A stretch of DNA of 64,000 nucleotides from Candidatus Dadabacteria bacterium (GCA_963805855.1 CAWDVW010000005.1:544001-608000), one strand, 5' to 3'; positions 21,493 through 32,050 are shown, counted from the first letter of the stretch. Translations and numbers: made by a program. Notes: generated by a model not told the origin, from the letters alone.

Positions 21493-22452
21493 TTAAATAC
21501 CCTCTCCTACTCTCATTTTTGCGCTGCGTGCCCTTGGATTTCTGACTAATTCCTCAGTGGTTGGTATTAAAGGAGAATAAGTCAATACTTTCATGCAGGC
21601 CCTTTTTCCGCATCCACACCTGGGCAATCCAGGCGGACAGATACAAGGGTTGGACAACCTCTTAAAAGTTTTCTTCACAATCCTATCCTCAAGCGAGTGA
21701 AATGAAATGACTACGATTCGAGCCCCGACATTAAGAAGCTTGACAGCCTTTTCCAGGAAAATGCTCAGATTTTCCAATTCATTATTCACCACTATCCTGA
21801 GCGCTTGGAATGTTTTTGTTGCGGGGTGAATTCTAGCGGGGTGAAACTTTTTGGGGATAGAGTCCGACACAATTCTTGCAAGTTGATCAGAGGTACGAAT
21901 TGGATTTACGCGGCGAGATTTGACTATCTCTCTGGCTATCTTCTTTGCCCACTTTTCTTCACCATAAACCCTTATGATCTTAGAGATCTCTTCTGTATCC
22001 AATTCATTAACCAGGTTATATGCAGTGAACCTAAGTCCAGGATCCATTCTCATGTCAAGGGGTTCATCCCTTAGAAAACTTAATCCCCTTCCACCCAACT
22101 CGATCTGATAAGAAGAAATCCCCAAATCAGCGATAATTCCATCAACTTCACTAATCCCCAGAGCTTCAAGTTCCCTGTCCACATGGATGAAGTTTTTATT
22201 TACAAATATCACCTGGCTGCCGAATCTTGAAAGGCGATTCTTCGCATACGACAGAGACTCCGCGTCTGTATCGAATCCGATGACTTTGGCACTACTCTCG
22301 GAATGCTCTAAAATCTTCTCGGTATGACCACCGAGGCCCAATGTCGCATCTACATAAATGCGATTGGCACTGGGGGTTAGGAAATTAATCACCTCTTGAG
22401 ACATCACCGACTTGTGAAACAAATTCTCCCTTTCCAACAGGGCGTTCTCCAT
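21493..22452 (-). CDS. rsmH: 16S rRNA m4C1402 methyltransferase
   Basis: DATLGLGGH, DLGISS, PLDMRMD, FQALRI and SFHSLEDR motifs. Confidence 0.97.
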   Translation of the reverse strand: MENALLERENLFHKSVMSQEVINFLTPSANRIYVDATLGLGGHTEKILEHSESSAKVIGFDTDAESLSYAKNRLSRFGSQVIFVNKNFIHVDRELEALGISEVDGIIADLGISSYQIELGGRGLSFLRDEPLDMRMDPGLRFTAYNLVNELDTEEISKIIRVYGEEKWAKKIAREIVKSRRVNPIRTSDQLARIVSDSIPKKFHPARIHPATKTFQALRIVVNNELENLSIFLEKAVKLLNVGARIVVISFHSLEDRIVKKTFKRLSNPCICPPGLPRCGCGKRACMKVLTYSPLIPTTEELVRNPRARSAKMRVGEGI

Positions 22453-22455
22453 TTT

Positions 22456-22902
22456 TTATAGTCCCTCCGCTGCTAGAATCTCTCTGCTTCTCTTAAATTC
22501 ATCATACGCCTTTATAGACTCGTCTTCCTCCCACACTTCCTTGGCCCAAATTTCAAACTTGGTCAGCATACCAATCATTACGACCTCCCGGCTAATACGA
22601 GCATGGATTCTAAGGGATTGTGGTATTAGTATCCTTCCCTGGCCATCGACGGGGCAATCCGTGGCGCCTCCCATCAGATACCTGAGAAACGATATTACCT
22701 CCTGTCTAAACTGGGGAAGCTCGGATACCTTCCGTTCAAGCTCATTCCACTCCCTCAGGGGATACGCGACTAAGCACTTATCGAAATTCGTAATTATAAG
22801 GGTTTCGCCGTTATACTTCTCCCTCACGACCTCCCTGAACTTTGAAGGCACGCTGACCCTCCCCTTGTCGGTTACTGAATGCTCAAATCTTCCACGAAAC
22901 AT
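22456..22902 (-). CDS. mraZ: dcw transcriptional regulator MraZ
   Basis: Two DxxGR motifs (DKGRV, DGQGRI); first gene of the dcw cluster. Confidence 0.96.
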   Translation of the reverse strand: MFRGRFEHSVTDKGRVSVPSKFREVVREKYNGETLIITNFDKCLVAYPLREWNELERKVSELPQFRQEVISFLRYLMGGATDCPVDGQGRILIPQSLRIHARISREVVMIGMLTKFEIWAKEVWEEDESIKAYDEFKRSREILAAEGL

Positions 22903-22916
22903 GATAGGTCTTTATG

Positions 22917-22990
22917 CCACTTTATACCATTTAATGACCACTTTGGTACCAATACAATGCCACTATATAAAAAACTATGAGCTTTGTCAA
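22917..22990 (-). promoter_or_regulatory. sigma70 promoter of the dcw operon with five phased NTGG (MraZ) boxes
   Basis: TTGACA (22990-22985), 17 bp spacer, TATAGT (22967-22962). Boxes GTGG/TTGG/GTGG/ATGG/GTGG are spaced 10-11 bp apart between 22963 and 22917. Confidence 0.8.
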
Positions 22991-23209
22991 GTAACTTCTT
23001 GAGATATTTGAAAATTTTTTTATAATTATTAGTGGTTTTTTTATGATCTCCGGCAGGTAGGAAACACTATAAATATACATATTTTATATTAAGTGTTATC
23101 TATAATATACTAACATTATTATATATTGCGTCAATATATTAAGAGAATTCACATTGGGAAAACAATGGTTGGGACAATTACTGCGCTCTGGTATACTTTC
23201 CGATAAAAT

Positions 23210-23419
23210 ATGCCAAATATCTTTATAAAGCTGAAAAATCCAAGCCAGACGGTTTATTTTCAATCAATCATAGGCACATACACTCATATTGCGTGGACCC
23301 GAACAGAAAATGCTGACGAGGCAATAATTAAGGTCTCCGCAACAGAGGATACTTTATCGGAAGCAAGACGCATACTCCGAGAATTGAAGTCTGAAATAGA
23401 TTTTGAAGAGATTGAGTAA
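23210..23419 (+). CDS. Small conserved hypothetical protein (DUF4911-like)
   Basis: 69 aa with a 'YFQSIIGTYTHIAWTRT' pattern recalled from this family; not searched. Confidence 0.55.
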   Translation: MPNIFIKLKNPSQTVYFQSIIGTYTHIAWTRTENADEAIIKVSATEDTLSEARRILRELKSEIDFEEIE

Positions 23420-23430
23420 CCCTGTAGCAA

Positions 23431-23700
23431 GAAACCTATAGGGACAGGAATGTCCCGACTATCCGCAATAAATACCGTCACAAACAATGATAGGCGGGGA
23501 CAGGCTCTGGATTCCCGCCAACAATCCGGGGAACGACAGAAAGGATAGGCGGGGTTTTCCAACCCCGCATGGAGACCTTTTTTGTCATCCCCGAGGACTT
23601 TAATCGGGGATCCAGGAACAAAGACATGGATTCCCGCTAACAATCCGCGGGAATGACATCAAAGGACAGCAGACTTGTCCTGGTCGCATGGATAAAACTA
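23431..23700. repeat. REP/REPIN-like mosaic (modules A, B, C, D)
   Basis: gggacaggaatgtcccgactatc; gataggcggggttttccaaccccgc; tgtcatccccga..tcggggatcca; tggattcccgctaacaatccgcgggaatgaca. Each recurs elsewhere in the window. Confidence 0.85.
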
Positions 23701-23719
23701 ATTAAATTTCCACCCTATC

Positions 23720-24658
23720 CTACAGCGATAATTGCCCCTTGATTTTCTCTTCATCTACAAGTTGCAAAAACCCCTCTAGCCCTGACTCAACCCCTCTCCT
23801 TATACCAGGAAATGATTCGGATCTTTCAAGAAACGTTTTTAAGTCCTTATCTCTTTTTGAAATAAAATCTAACATCTCCTCTCTATCTTCGATCCCCTTA
23901 ACTACGATATTGTTAATCTCCCTATACCATATCATTAATTGACTCTGATACTTCCGAAGTAATTGCGACCCATTTTTAGAAACATCAAAATGAGTAAATG
24001 CGATCAATTTGGGGTTGAGTGAAATCATGGTTTCAATGGATTTCATAGCGAGTTCGAGTTTGAATGGAGGCGGAGATATCGGAAGGAGAACATCAAGGCT
24101 CGGGATGTATATACCCGCAGCGTCACCGGAGAATATAACTCCCTCTTTCTCAAGAAATACACACACGTGGTGACTTGCATGTCCTGGCGTCGGAACAATC
24201 TGGAACGAGATCTTGCCAAGGTCAAAGTCCATCCTATTTTCCACCGGGACAATTCTACCTTCAGGAACTGATTCGGGTTTCCCATATATGTCTGCCACAA
24301 AGCCTAGAACCTTTTTAGATGCGTTCCAAAGGACACTTTCAGGATCAATAAGATGCTCTTTTCCCCTCTTATGGACTATGACGCTTGCATTTGGAAAATG
24401 CCTTATTAAATTCCCCAGGGCACCAGCGTGGTCAAGATGTATGTGTGTAAGGAAAATAAATCTTACGTCCTCGCATGCGAGTTCAATATCTTCTAAGGCG
24501 CTGAGTATTTTTTCATGTGTAGACGCCGGACCTACTTCAATTAAGGCGACTCCCTTCCCCGATTTTACCACGTAAGCACCGGTATACTCGCGCTCCCCGT
24601 CTACCTTGAGGTCGATGAACCAAAGACCGGGTAATTCCTCTTTTATCGAATATAACAT
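23720..24658 (-). CDS. MBL-fold metallo-hydrolase
   Basis: THIHLDHAG, TPGHASHH and FSGD motifs. Confidence 0.9.
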   Translation of the reverse strand: MLYSIKEELPGLWFIDLKVDGEREYTGAYVVKSGKGVALIEVGPASTHEKILSALEDIELACEDVRFIFLTHIHLDHAGALGNLIRHFPNASVIVHKRGKEHLIDPESVLWNASKKVLGFVADIYGKPESVPEGRIVPVENRMDFDLGKISFQIVPTPGHASHHVCVFLEKEGVIFSGDAAGIYIPSLDVLLPISPPPFKLELAMKSIETMISLNPKLIAFTHFDVSKNGSQLLRKYQSQLMIWYREINNIVVKGIEDREEMLDFISKRDKDLKTFLERSESFPGIRRGVESGLEGFLQLVDEEKIKGQLSL

Positions 24659-24766
24659 TGACTCAAACCGTAATTTATGGAGCCCTAGAATGTTAACACA
24701 GCATGGTATTTAATAAACACATTCTCTTGATTGTTTTCATCCATCTAATATAAACTACAGCCCTAA

Positions 24767-26338
24767 GTGAATCACAAGCACGAGATCACACGCTCAGCCG
24801 GATTGGTAGGATCCCTTACATTTTTGAGTCGCATCATGGGATTGGTAAGGGATATGGTAATCACCTATTTCTTCGGGGCAGAAGCCCAGACAGACGCCTT
24901 TTATGTTGCCTTTAGGATACCAAATCTTCTCAGAAGGCTTTTTGCAGAGGGCTCTTTAACTATCTCATTCATACCAGTCTTCACGAGTTATCTTGAAACC
25001 AAGTCAAGGGAAGAGACAAAGAGTATCTCAGATATAACCTTCACGTTGCTCTTCATTGTTCTAGCCCTTGTGTCAATAGTTGGAATAATTCTATCTCCTC
25101 TCTTAATTAAGCTTTTTGCCTCAGGGTTTAAAGGTGAAACATTTCACCTCGCAGTCACTCTGAACCGCATAATGTTCCCATACATTTTTCTTATTTCCCT
25201 CTCCGCACTCTCAATGGGAATATTAAACTCCCTCAGGCATTTCTTTGCACCGGCATTTTCACCGGTGATCTTCAATGTATTTATTGTGATGACAGTCATC
25301 CTTATCCACACAAGCCTCAACATCCCTATTACGTCTCTTGCAATAGGAGTGATCATTGGTGGAGTGATTCAACTCGTGTTCCAACTCCCATTCCTAAAGC
25401 AGAAAGATTTTCTTTTCAAATTTAGAAAAAACTTTCGGCACCCGGCTGTAAAAAAGATCGGGTTACTAATGGTGCCCCAGCTCTTCGGTCTCGCCGTGTA
25501 TAACCTTAACATAATCGTAAACACCCAGTACGCATCCTACATGCCGGAGGGGACAGTCTCTTATCTTTATCTTTCAGAAAGACTGATCGAATTTCCCCTT
25601 GGCATAGTTGCGGTATCGATCGCCACGGTCTTGCTCCCCAGCCTTTCCTCCCACATATCAAAAGGAGAGACAGAACTCTTTAAGGAAAATTACTCCTACG
25701 CCCTACGACTCATGCTCTTTGTAATGGTTCCGGCCCTGGTGGGACTGATCGTCCTCAGAATTCCTATTTGCAACCTCTTATATCAGCGGGGCGAGTTCAC
25801 CTATCTGTCTACTATAAACACCTCCCAGGCCCTTTTTGGATATGCCGTAGGAATTTGGGCCGTAGGAGGGATTCGGATTACTGCCCCGGCGTTCTATTCT
25901 ATGCAGGACACGAAGACCCCTGTCATAATAGCGTTTTTAGCGTTTATTATTAACGCCATCTTAGGTTATCTGCTCGGATTTACATTTGGATTGAAACATA
26001 CCGGACTGGCGCTGGCAAGTTCGATATCATCAATGTTTAATTTCGTCGTTCTCTTCATAATCCTCAATAAGCGGGTCGGTAAAATAGATATAAATGAAAC
26101 CCTTATCCTTTGCATTAAGATTGCAACAGCATCTATGTTAATGGGGCTGCTTGCATGGGAAATAGCTAAGCGCTGGAATTGGACAGGTAGCGAAACCTCA
26201 ATCGAAAAGATCCTATTCCTGATAATCTCCTTATTAGCCTCATCGGCGGCTTATCTTATTATATCAAAACTCTTAAAGATAGACGAGGTTGACCAGCTAA
26301 TAGGCCTTTTAAGGAGGAAACCTGTAATCAAATCATAA
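24767..26338 (+). CDS. murJ: Lipid II flippase MurJ/MviN
   Basis: SRIMGLVRD, AFRIPNLLRRLFAEG and RLIEFPLG motifs; many TM segments. Confidence 0.96.
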   Translation: MNHKHEITRSAGLVGSLTFLSRIMGLVRDMVITYFFGAEAQTDAFYVAFRIPNLLRRLFAEGSLTISFIPVFTSYLETKSREETKSISDITFTLLFIVLALVSIVGIILSPLLIKLFASGFKGETFHLAVTLNRIMFPYIFLISLSALSMGILNSLRHFFAPAFSPVIFNVFIVMTVILIHTSLNIPITSLAIGVIIGGVIQLVFQLPFLKQKDFLFKFRKNFRHPAVKKIGLLMVPQLFGLAVYNLNIIVNTQYASYMPEGTVSYLYLSERLIEFPLGIVAVSIATVLLPSLSSHISKGETELFKENYSYALRLMLFVMVPALVGLIVLRIPICNLLYQRGEFTYLSTINTSQALFGYAVGIWAVGGIRITAPAFYSMQDTKTPVIIAFLAFIINAILGYLLGFTFGLKHTGLALASSISSMFNFVVLFIILNKRVGKIDINETLILCIKIATASMLMGLLAWEIAKRWNWTGSETSIEKILFLIISLLASSAAYLIISKLLKIDEVDQLIGLLRRKPVIKS

Positions 26339-26395
26339 AGGGTACCTGGCATCGTTGTTTTGTTGTATTTTCTAGTAAGTTGCTAAAAATTAAAC

Positions 26396-26535
26396 TGTGC
26401 AATATTACACAATCCAAAGTGTGCAATTTTGAACAATTTGAAACGGATTATTGAAGTTACGCGACTTTGTGATATTCTAATTCGGCAGAAATATTAATTC
26501 TTAAACGATAAATGTTAATCGGCACAGGAATTGCA
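26396..26535 (+). promoter_or_regulatory. sigma54 promoter with two upstream TGT-N10-ACA enhancer boxes
   Basis: TGTGCAATATTACACA (26396-26411), TGTGCAATTTTGAACA (26420-26435), CGGCAC-AGGAA-TTGCA (26520-26535). Confidence 0.75.
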
Positions 26536-26636
26536 ACCCTGTTTTCCTCAGGGCAGGAGTGGATGTATTAATCTAACATATGTACTACCAACTTATTAAT
26601 TGATATTAGTACGTCTAAAATAAATGGAGAATTGAA

Positions 26637-27578
26637 TTGAGAAAAAGAATTTTGGTCACAGGCGGCGCCGGGTTCATTGGCTCCCATCTCTGTGAACGAC
26701 TCCTGAACGAGGGAAACGAGGTACTTTGTGTTGATAATTTCTTCACTGGCACCAAGGATAACATCAATAACCTCACGAAGAACCAGTACTTCGAATTTAT
26801 AAGACACGATATATGCTTCCCATTATACGTCGAGGTTGATGAGATATACAACCTTGCCTGCCCAGCGTCACCTATTCACTATCAATTCGATCCGGTTCAA
26901 ACCACAAAGGCAAATGTATTGGGTGCAATAAACATGCTAGGGCTCGCAAAACGACTCAAGATAAGAATCTTTCAAGCCTCAACAAGCGAAGTATATGGTA
27001 ATCCCACTATTCATCCTCAGCCAGAAGCATATTGGGGTAATGTAAATACTACTGGCCCCAGGGCATGCTATGATGAGGGAAAGAGGTGCGCAGAGACGCT
27101 CTTTTTTGATTACTATCGCCAGCATAAATTAGATATCAAGGTTGCAAGAATATTTAATACCTACGGCCCGAGGATGCATCCAAACGACGGTCGGGTTGTA
27201 AGCAACTTCATACTACAGGCCCTCCGTGGGCATGACATAACTGTCTACGGAGATGGAGTGCAAACACGGTCATTCTGTTACATTGATGACATGATTGAGG
27301 GCATCTATCGATTCATGAGTTTTACAAACGGTTTTACAGGACCAGTAAATCTAGGAAATCCCTCTGAGGTCACAATCCTTGATCTTGCCAAATTAATTAT
27401 TGATCTCACAAGATCCAAATCCAAAATCGTCTTTAAACAATTGCCACAGGATGATCCAGAAAGGAGGATGCCCGATATCTCTTTGGCAAAGTCAAAACTG
27501 GGTTGGAAGCCTGAGGTACATTTAGAAACCGGCCTCATGAAAACAATAGAATATTTCGAGGAGATCATAAATAATTAA
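26637..27578 (+). CDS. UDP-glucuronate decarboxylase (UDP-xylose synthase family SDR)
   Basis: GGAGFIG, LACPASP, STSEVYG, YDEGK and RIFNTYGP motifs. Confidence 0.92.
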   Translation: MRKRILVTGGAGFIGSHLCERLLNEGNEVLCVDNFFTGTKDNINNLTKNQYFEFIRHDICFPLYVEVDEIYNLACPASPIHYQFDPVQTTKANVLGAINMLGLAKRLKIRIFQASTSEVYGNPTIHPQPEAYWGNVNTTGPRACYDEGKRCAETLFFDYYRQHKLDIKVARIFNTYGPRMHPNDGRVVSNFILQALRGHDITVYGDGVQTRSFCYIDDMIEGIYRFMSFTNGFTGPVNLGNPSEVTILDLAKLIIDLTRSKSKIVFKQLPQDDPERRMPDISLAKSKLGWKPEVHLETGLMKTIEYFEEIINN

Positions 27579-27695
27579 TCCTAAATATCAGATCCAAAAA
27601 TACACCGACATGAAAACCTTATACGTTGTTACCCCTAAAATAAAACCTTATCGGTTTGGCTCAACCTAAAATTAAATGTATGACTAAAGGGAGGA

Positions 27696-30248
27696 ATGGG
27701 ATTGCAAATGAATTACGCTCGGGGCACGGCCTCGCGTATTGAGTTATTTTCAACTCTAACTGAATTTCAGCGCCCAACTGTAAGGGGTAAATTTCTATAT
27801 GTTGGTGATGAGAAATTCTACGTGCGGGGCGTCACATATGGTACATTCCGCCCAGACGCGGATGGATATCAATTCCCGGATCCCGAGACCGTCGACAAAG
27901 ATTTCGCAAGGATGGTAGAAAATGGGGTCAATTCAGTTCGGACTTACACGGCTCCTCCAGAATGGTTTCTGGACAAGGCTCAGAAATATGGACTATTTGT
28001 GGTTGTTGGTCTCTGGTGGGAGCAATTTGTAATGTTTCTAGACGATACAACACTGACGCGATCAATTGAGAGAAAGATTCGAGAATGGATACGGTCCTGC
28101 GCAAGTCATCCAGCCGTCCTGTGTTACGCAGTTGGAAACGAGATTCCATCCTCGATCGTGCGCTATTATGGTGCTCGAAAGATCGAGAAATTTATTGAGA
28201 GGCTCTATCGGATTGCAAAATCAGAAGATCCTGATGGGCTTGTCACCTACGTAAATTATCCAACCACTGAATATCTCCAACTGCCGTTCATCGATCTCGC
28301 CTGTTTCAACATATATCTTGAATCGAAAGATAGACTTGAATCTTATATTTCCAGATTGCAAAACCTTGTTGACAATAAACCCTTAATAATGGGTGAATTT
28401 GGCCTCGACAGCCGTAGAAATGGTGAAGATAAACAGGCAGAGGTGCTTGACTGGCAAATTCGTACTGCCTTCGAATCGGGTTGTGCTGGAACCTTTGTGT
28501 TCGCATGGACGGATGAATGGCATTGCGGTGGTTATGACATAGGAGACTGGGATTTCGGACTGATAACCAGAGATCGCATACCAAAAGCTGCCCTAGGAGC
28601 CGTTCGAAAAGCTTATTCAGAGGTCCCTTTTAACACCATGACCTGCTGGCCAAAGATTTCGGTAGTTGTATGCACCTTCAATGGAAGTAAAACGATAAGC
28701 AAGAATTTAGAATCACTATCGGTATTACAATATCCGAAATACGAAGTAATAGTGGTAAACGATGGCTCTAACGACATAACTGAGGCAATAGTTAAGGAGT
28801 ATGTCCACAAATACAATTTTAAGTTAATCACAACAGAAAACCGAGGTCTGGCCAATGCCCGTAACACCGGCCTAGAATCCGCAACGGGCGACATAGTAGC
28901 CTATGTTGACGATGATGCTTATCCTGACCCCCAATGGCTAACATATCTTGCAATTGAGTTCAGGAAAACTACCCACGTCGGAATCGGTGGACCCAACATA
29001 ACGGCCGAAGGTGATGGGCCTATTTCCGAGTGCGTATCAAGCTCACCTGGAAATCCCGTGCATGTTCTTGTATCAGATACGGAAGCCGAGCATATCGCAG
29101 GTTGCAATATGGCATTTCGCAGATCCGCTCTCAAAAAGATCGGAGGGTTCGACTCTCGATTTAACATTGCGGGAGATGACGTAGATGTTTGTTGGATGTT
29201 GCAGAAGCGAGGGTACACACTGGGGTTCAGTCCCGCGGCGATGGTCTGGCATAGCCGGCGGAGTTCTATTAAATCATACCTGAAACAGCAATTAAACTAC
29301 GGTAGGGCCGAGTCACAGCTAGAGAAAAAATGGCCGGAGAAATATAATGCTGCTGGGCATGTTACCTGGAGTGGGCGTATATATGGAAACGGTGTCTCGA
29401 ATAAAATAAATCTATTCGGCTCAAGAATCTACCAGGGTATCTGGGGCACGGCTCCTTTTCAATCGATATACCAACCTTCGAATGGTACGTTTAGCTCACT
29501 ACTTCTCATGCCAGAATGGTATCTTATTGTAGCCGCTTTTCTATTCCTATCCTTAATGGGAGGTTTTTGGTCTCCGCTGCTGTACTCATTACCCTTTCTC
29601 GGATTAGTTCTCCTTGCACCCGTAATTCGAGCCATCTGCAGTGCAAAAAATGCCAGGTTAAGCGAGCTATCATACTCGTCAATCGAGCTGCTCAAACTAC
29701 GTGCTATAATTGTCATACTGCACATTCTCCAGCCTATTGCGAGATTATATGGAAGGCTCAACGCCGGCCTTACCCCTTGGCGGAGGCGAGGCTTATACAG
29801 ATTTTCTTTACCATGGATACGACACAAGACTTTTTGGAGTGAAAACTGGGCTGCCCCGGAAAAGAGACTGGAATCGATTGAGATAGCACTCAAAAATTTT
29901 GGCATAATTGTGACAAGAAGCGGAAACTTCGACCGATGGGATCTTGAAGTACGTGGTGGGCTATTTGGTTCTCTCAGAGTTCTGATGGGGATCGAGGAAC
30001 ACGGCGCTGGTAAACAAATGGTACATTTACACTCTTGGCCTAAAGTATCTGTGTTTGGAACCGGATTAACCATCATCTTGGCACTTCTTACCGTCCTAGC
30101 GGCATTCGATAACGCTTGGTATGCATACTTTATTCTCGGGGGTCTATCCGCATTTGCAGTCGTTCGGTTAATCGGCGACTGCGCTGGCGCAACGGGATGC
30201 TATTTGGAAGCCATTAAGCAAGCCTTCGGGCAATTGGCATCAACATGA
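27696..30248 (+). CDS. Clan GH-A TIM-barrel glycoside hydrolase / GT2 glycosyltransferase fusion with C-terminal TM helices
   Basis: GNE and MGEFG catalytic motifs; GT2 motifs VVNDGS, VDDD, GCNM and GDDVD; hydrophobic C-terminal helices. Confidence 0.85.
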   Translation: MGLQMNYARGTASRIELFSTLTEFQRPTVRGKFLYVGDEKFYVRGVTYGTFRPDADGYQFPDPETVDKDFARMVENGVNSVRTYTAPPEWFLDKAQKYGLFVVVGLWWEQFVMFLDDTTLTRSIERKIREWIRSCASHPAVLCYAVGNEIPSSIVRYYGARKIEKFIERLYRIAKSEDPDGLVTYVNYPTTEYLQLPFIDLACFNIYLESKDRLESYISRLQNLVDNKPLIMGEFGLDSRRNGEDKQAEVLDWQIRTAFESGCAGTFVFAWTDEWHCGGYDIGDWDFGLITRDRIPKAALGAVRKAYSEVPFNTMTCWPKISVVVCTFNGSKTISKNLESLSVLQYPKYEVIVVNDGSNDITEAIVKEYVHKYNFKLITTENRGLANARNTGLESATGDIVAYVDDDAYPDPQWLTYLAIEFRKTTHVGIGGPNITAEGDGPISECVSSSPGNPVHVLVSDTEAEHIAGCNMAFRRSALKKIGGFDSRFNIAGDDVDVCWMLQKRGYTLGFSPAAMVWHSRRSSIKSYLKQQLNYGRAESQLEKKWPEKYNAAGHVTWSGRIYGNGVSNKINLFGSRIYQGIWGTAPFQSIYQPSNGTFSSLLLMPEWYLIVAAFLFLSLMGGFWSPLLYSLPFLGLVLLAPVIRAICSAKNARLSELSYSSIELLKLRAIIVILHILQPIARLYGRLNAGLTPWRRRGLYRFSLPWIRHKTFWSENWAAPEKRLESIEIALKNFGIIVTRSGNFDRWDLEVRGGLFGSLRVLMGIEEHGAGKQMVHLHSWPKVSVFGTGLTIILALLTVLAAFDNAWYAYFILGGLSAFAVVRLIGDCAGATGCYLEAIKQAFGQLAST

Positions 30249-32050
30249 ACTCCAATTACTCTGATATAAGAATTCTTAGAAAGCTACTGGCTGAGGCTAA
30301 GCCCTTCCGCACACATTTGCTCCTCATCTTGTTATTAGGTCTCCTGGCTACGCCGCTTACACTTCTTTCGCCTATTCCGCTCAAGATTGCCGTCGATAAC
30401 ATCTACGGGTCAAACCAGTTACCTGAATTATTTTCCTCGGTGATTCCCCAGTGGTTTACCAAGTCTAAACTAACTATGCTCGGCTACACTGCAGTTCTAC
30501 AAGTCTTAATCATATCGTTGATACAGCTCCAATCACTTGGAAATCAATTGTTGAAGACAAGTGTAGGCGAAAGGCTGACCCTCAACTTCCGGGCGAGGCT
30601 CTTCCGTCATGTTCAGAGGTTATCACTCAATTATCACGATTCAAAGGGAACCGCTGATTCTATATATCGAATTCAATACGATGCCCCGTCCATTCAATGG
30701 ATTATCATATATGGATTCATTCCTTTCATGTCTTCGATAGTCATGTTTGTAGGAATGATTTACGTTATCTTTAGGATTGACGCCGAGCTTGCCCTGGTCG
30801 CCCTGACGATCTCGCCTTTTCTATTTATATTTTCGAGAACCTATACTTCTCGCATGCGAGGCAGGTATAAGAATGCGAAGATACTTGAAAGCACCGCTCT
30901 AAAAGTAGTTCAAGAAGTATTAACTTCGGTTCGCCTGGTAAAGGCATTCGGGAAAGAGGAATATGAGCAGGAGCGATTCCTGGATCATTCGAGAAAGGGT
31001 ATGATGACAAGAATTTGGCTATCGTTTGCCGAAGGGGGATTTGGTCTACTCGTAAACATAACGACGGGAGTCGGCTCGGCCCTTGTTCTTTTCATCGGTT
31101 TCAAAAATGTATTTTCTGGTGCGCTAACGCTTGGCGAACTTCTAATGGTGTTGGCATACCTGGCGCAGCTCTATGAACCCTTAAGAACCATTAGCAACAA
31201 AACGGCGACAATACAGTCATCCATCGCAAGTGCGCAACGTTCTTTTGAATTGCTGGATGAACTACCTGAAGTTCTAGAACGGCCCCATGCTCGAGCATTA
31301 AAAAGAGCTTCAGGCTCAATTAGTTTTGAAAATGTTTCGTTCTCCTATAACGGATCTAATACCGTTCTTTCCGATGTATCCTTCAACATTATGCCGGGAA
31401 CAAGGGTAGGATTGATTGGGAGAACCGGGGCCGGTAAAACAACTATAATCAGCCTCTTAACAAGGTTCTACGACCCGCATTCGGGCTGCATACGCTTAGA
31501 TGGGATCGATTTAAGAGAATATAAGACTGCAGACCTTCGAAATCAATTCGCAATAGTTCTTCAAGACCCCGTGTTATTCTCGACGAGCATTGCTGAAAAC
31601 ATAAGCTATGGAAAACCTGAGGCCAAATTTCAGGAAATTGTCAATGCGGCCAAGACTGCAAATTGCCATGAGTTCATAAAGAAATTACCGGATGGGTACG
31701 AAACACTCGTCGGTGAACGAGGCATGAAGCTTTCCGGGGGTGAACGTCAGCGCGTTGCTTTGGCCCGAGCATTCCTGAAGGATGCCCCAATTCTCATACT
31801 TGACGAACCAACAAGTTCGGTCGATATCAAAACCGAATCTTCGATCATCGATGCTGTTAGTCGCTTGATGCAAGAACGAACAACATTCATGATATCCCAT
31901 CGGCCTGCTACACTTGAATACTGTGAGATATTTATCGTAATTGATGGGGGCAGAGTTCTAACCACATCATCTGAGCTACATCAGGCACTTAGGGAATTTC
32001 ATAGATTTGCGGAGCCACAACTTACACGTCTGAATATTTCATCAATTTAG
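30245..32050 (+). CDS. Fused TMD-NBD ABC exporter (MsbA/NdvA-like)
   Basis: TM domain, GRTGAGKT, LSGGERQR and ILDEPTS motifs. ATGA overlap with the upstream gene. Confidence 0.93.
   Translation: MNSNYSDIRILRKLLAEAKPFRTHLLLILLLGLLATPLTLLSPIPLKIAVDNIYGSNQLPELFSSVIPQWFTKSKLTMLGYTAVLQVLIISLIQLQSLGNQLLKTSVGERLTLNFRARLFRHVQRLSLNYHDSKGTADSIYRIQYDAPSIQWIIIYGFIPFMSSIVMFVGMIYVIFRIDAELALVALTISPFLFIFSRTYTSRMRGRYKNAKILESTALKVVQEVLTSVRLVKAFGKEEYEQERFLDHSRKGMMTRIWLSFAEGGFGLLVNITTGVGSALVLFIGFKNVFSGALTLGELLMVLAYLAQLYEPLRTISNKTATIQSSIASAQRSFELLDELPEVLERPHARALKRASGSISFENVSFSYNGSNTVLSDVSFNIMPGTRVGLIGRTGAGKTTIISLLTRFYDPHSGCIRLDGIDLREYKTADLRNQFAIVLQDPVLFSTSIAENISYGKPEAKFQEIVNAAKTANCHEFIKKLPDGYETLVGERGMKLSGGERQRVALARAFLKDAPILILDEPTSSVDIKTESSIIDAVSRLMQERTTFMISHRPATLEYCEIFIVIDGGRVLTTSSELHQALREFHRFAEPQLTRLNISSI

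Noticed and set aside
21590-21650. Cys-rich insert in RsmH, and the PASTA domain on FtsI
   Set aside because: Both are common outside enterobacteria and not novel
6905-23002. Many plus-strand ORFs within the dcw cluster, and similar antisense ORFs elsewhere
   Set aside because: Antisense shadows of well-supported genes, with no recognisable motifs
22991-23209. RNase P RNA upstream of mraZ
   Set aside because: AT-rich, too short, and lacks the GAGGAAAGUCC motif
23284-23643. Short ORFs over repeat mosaics (also 38561-38746, 53670-53933, 58744-58974, 59717-60117)
   Set aside because: Shared peptides such as GLENPAYPFC are translations of REP modules, not a protein family
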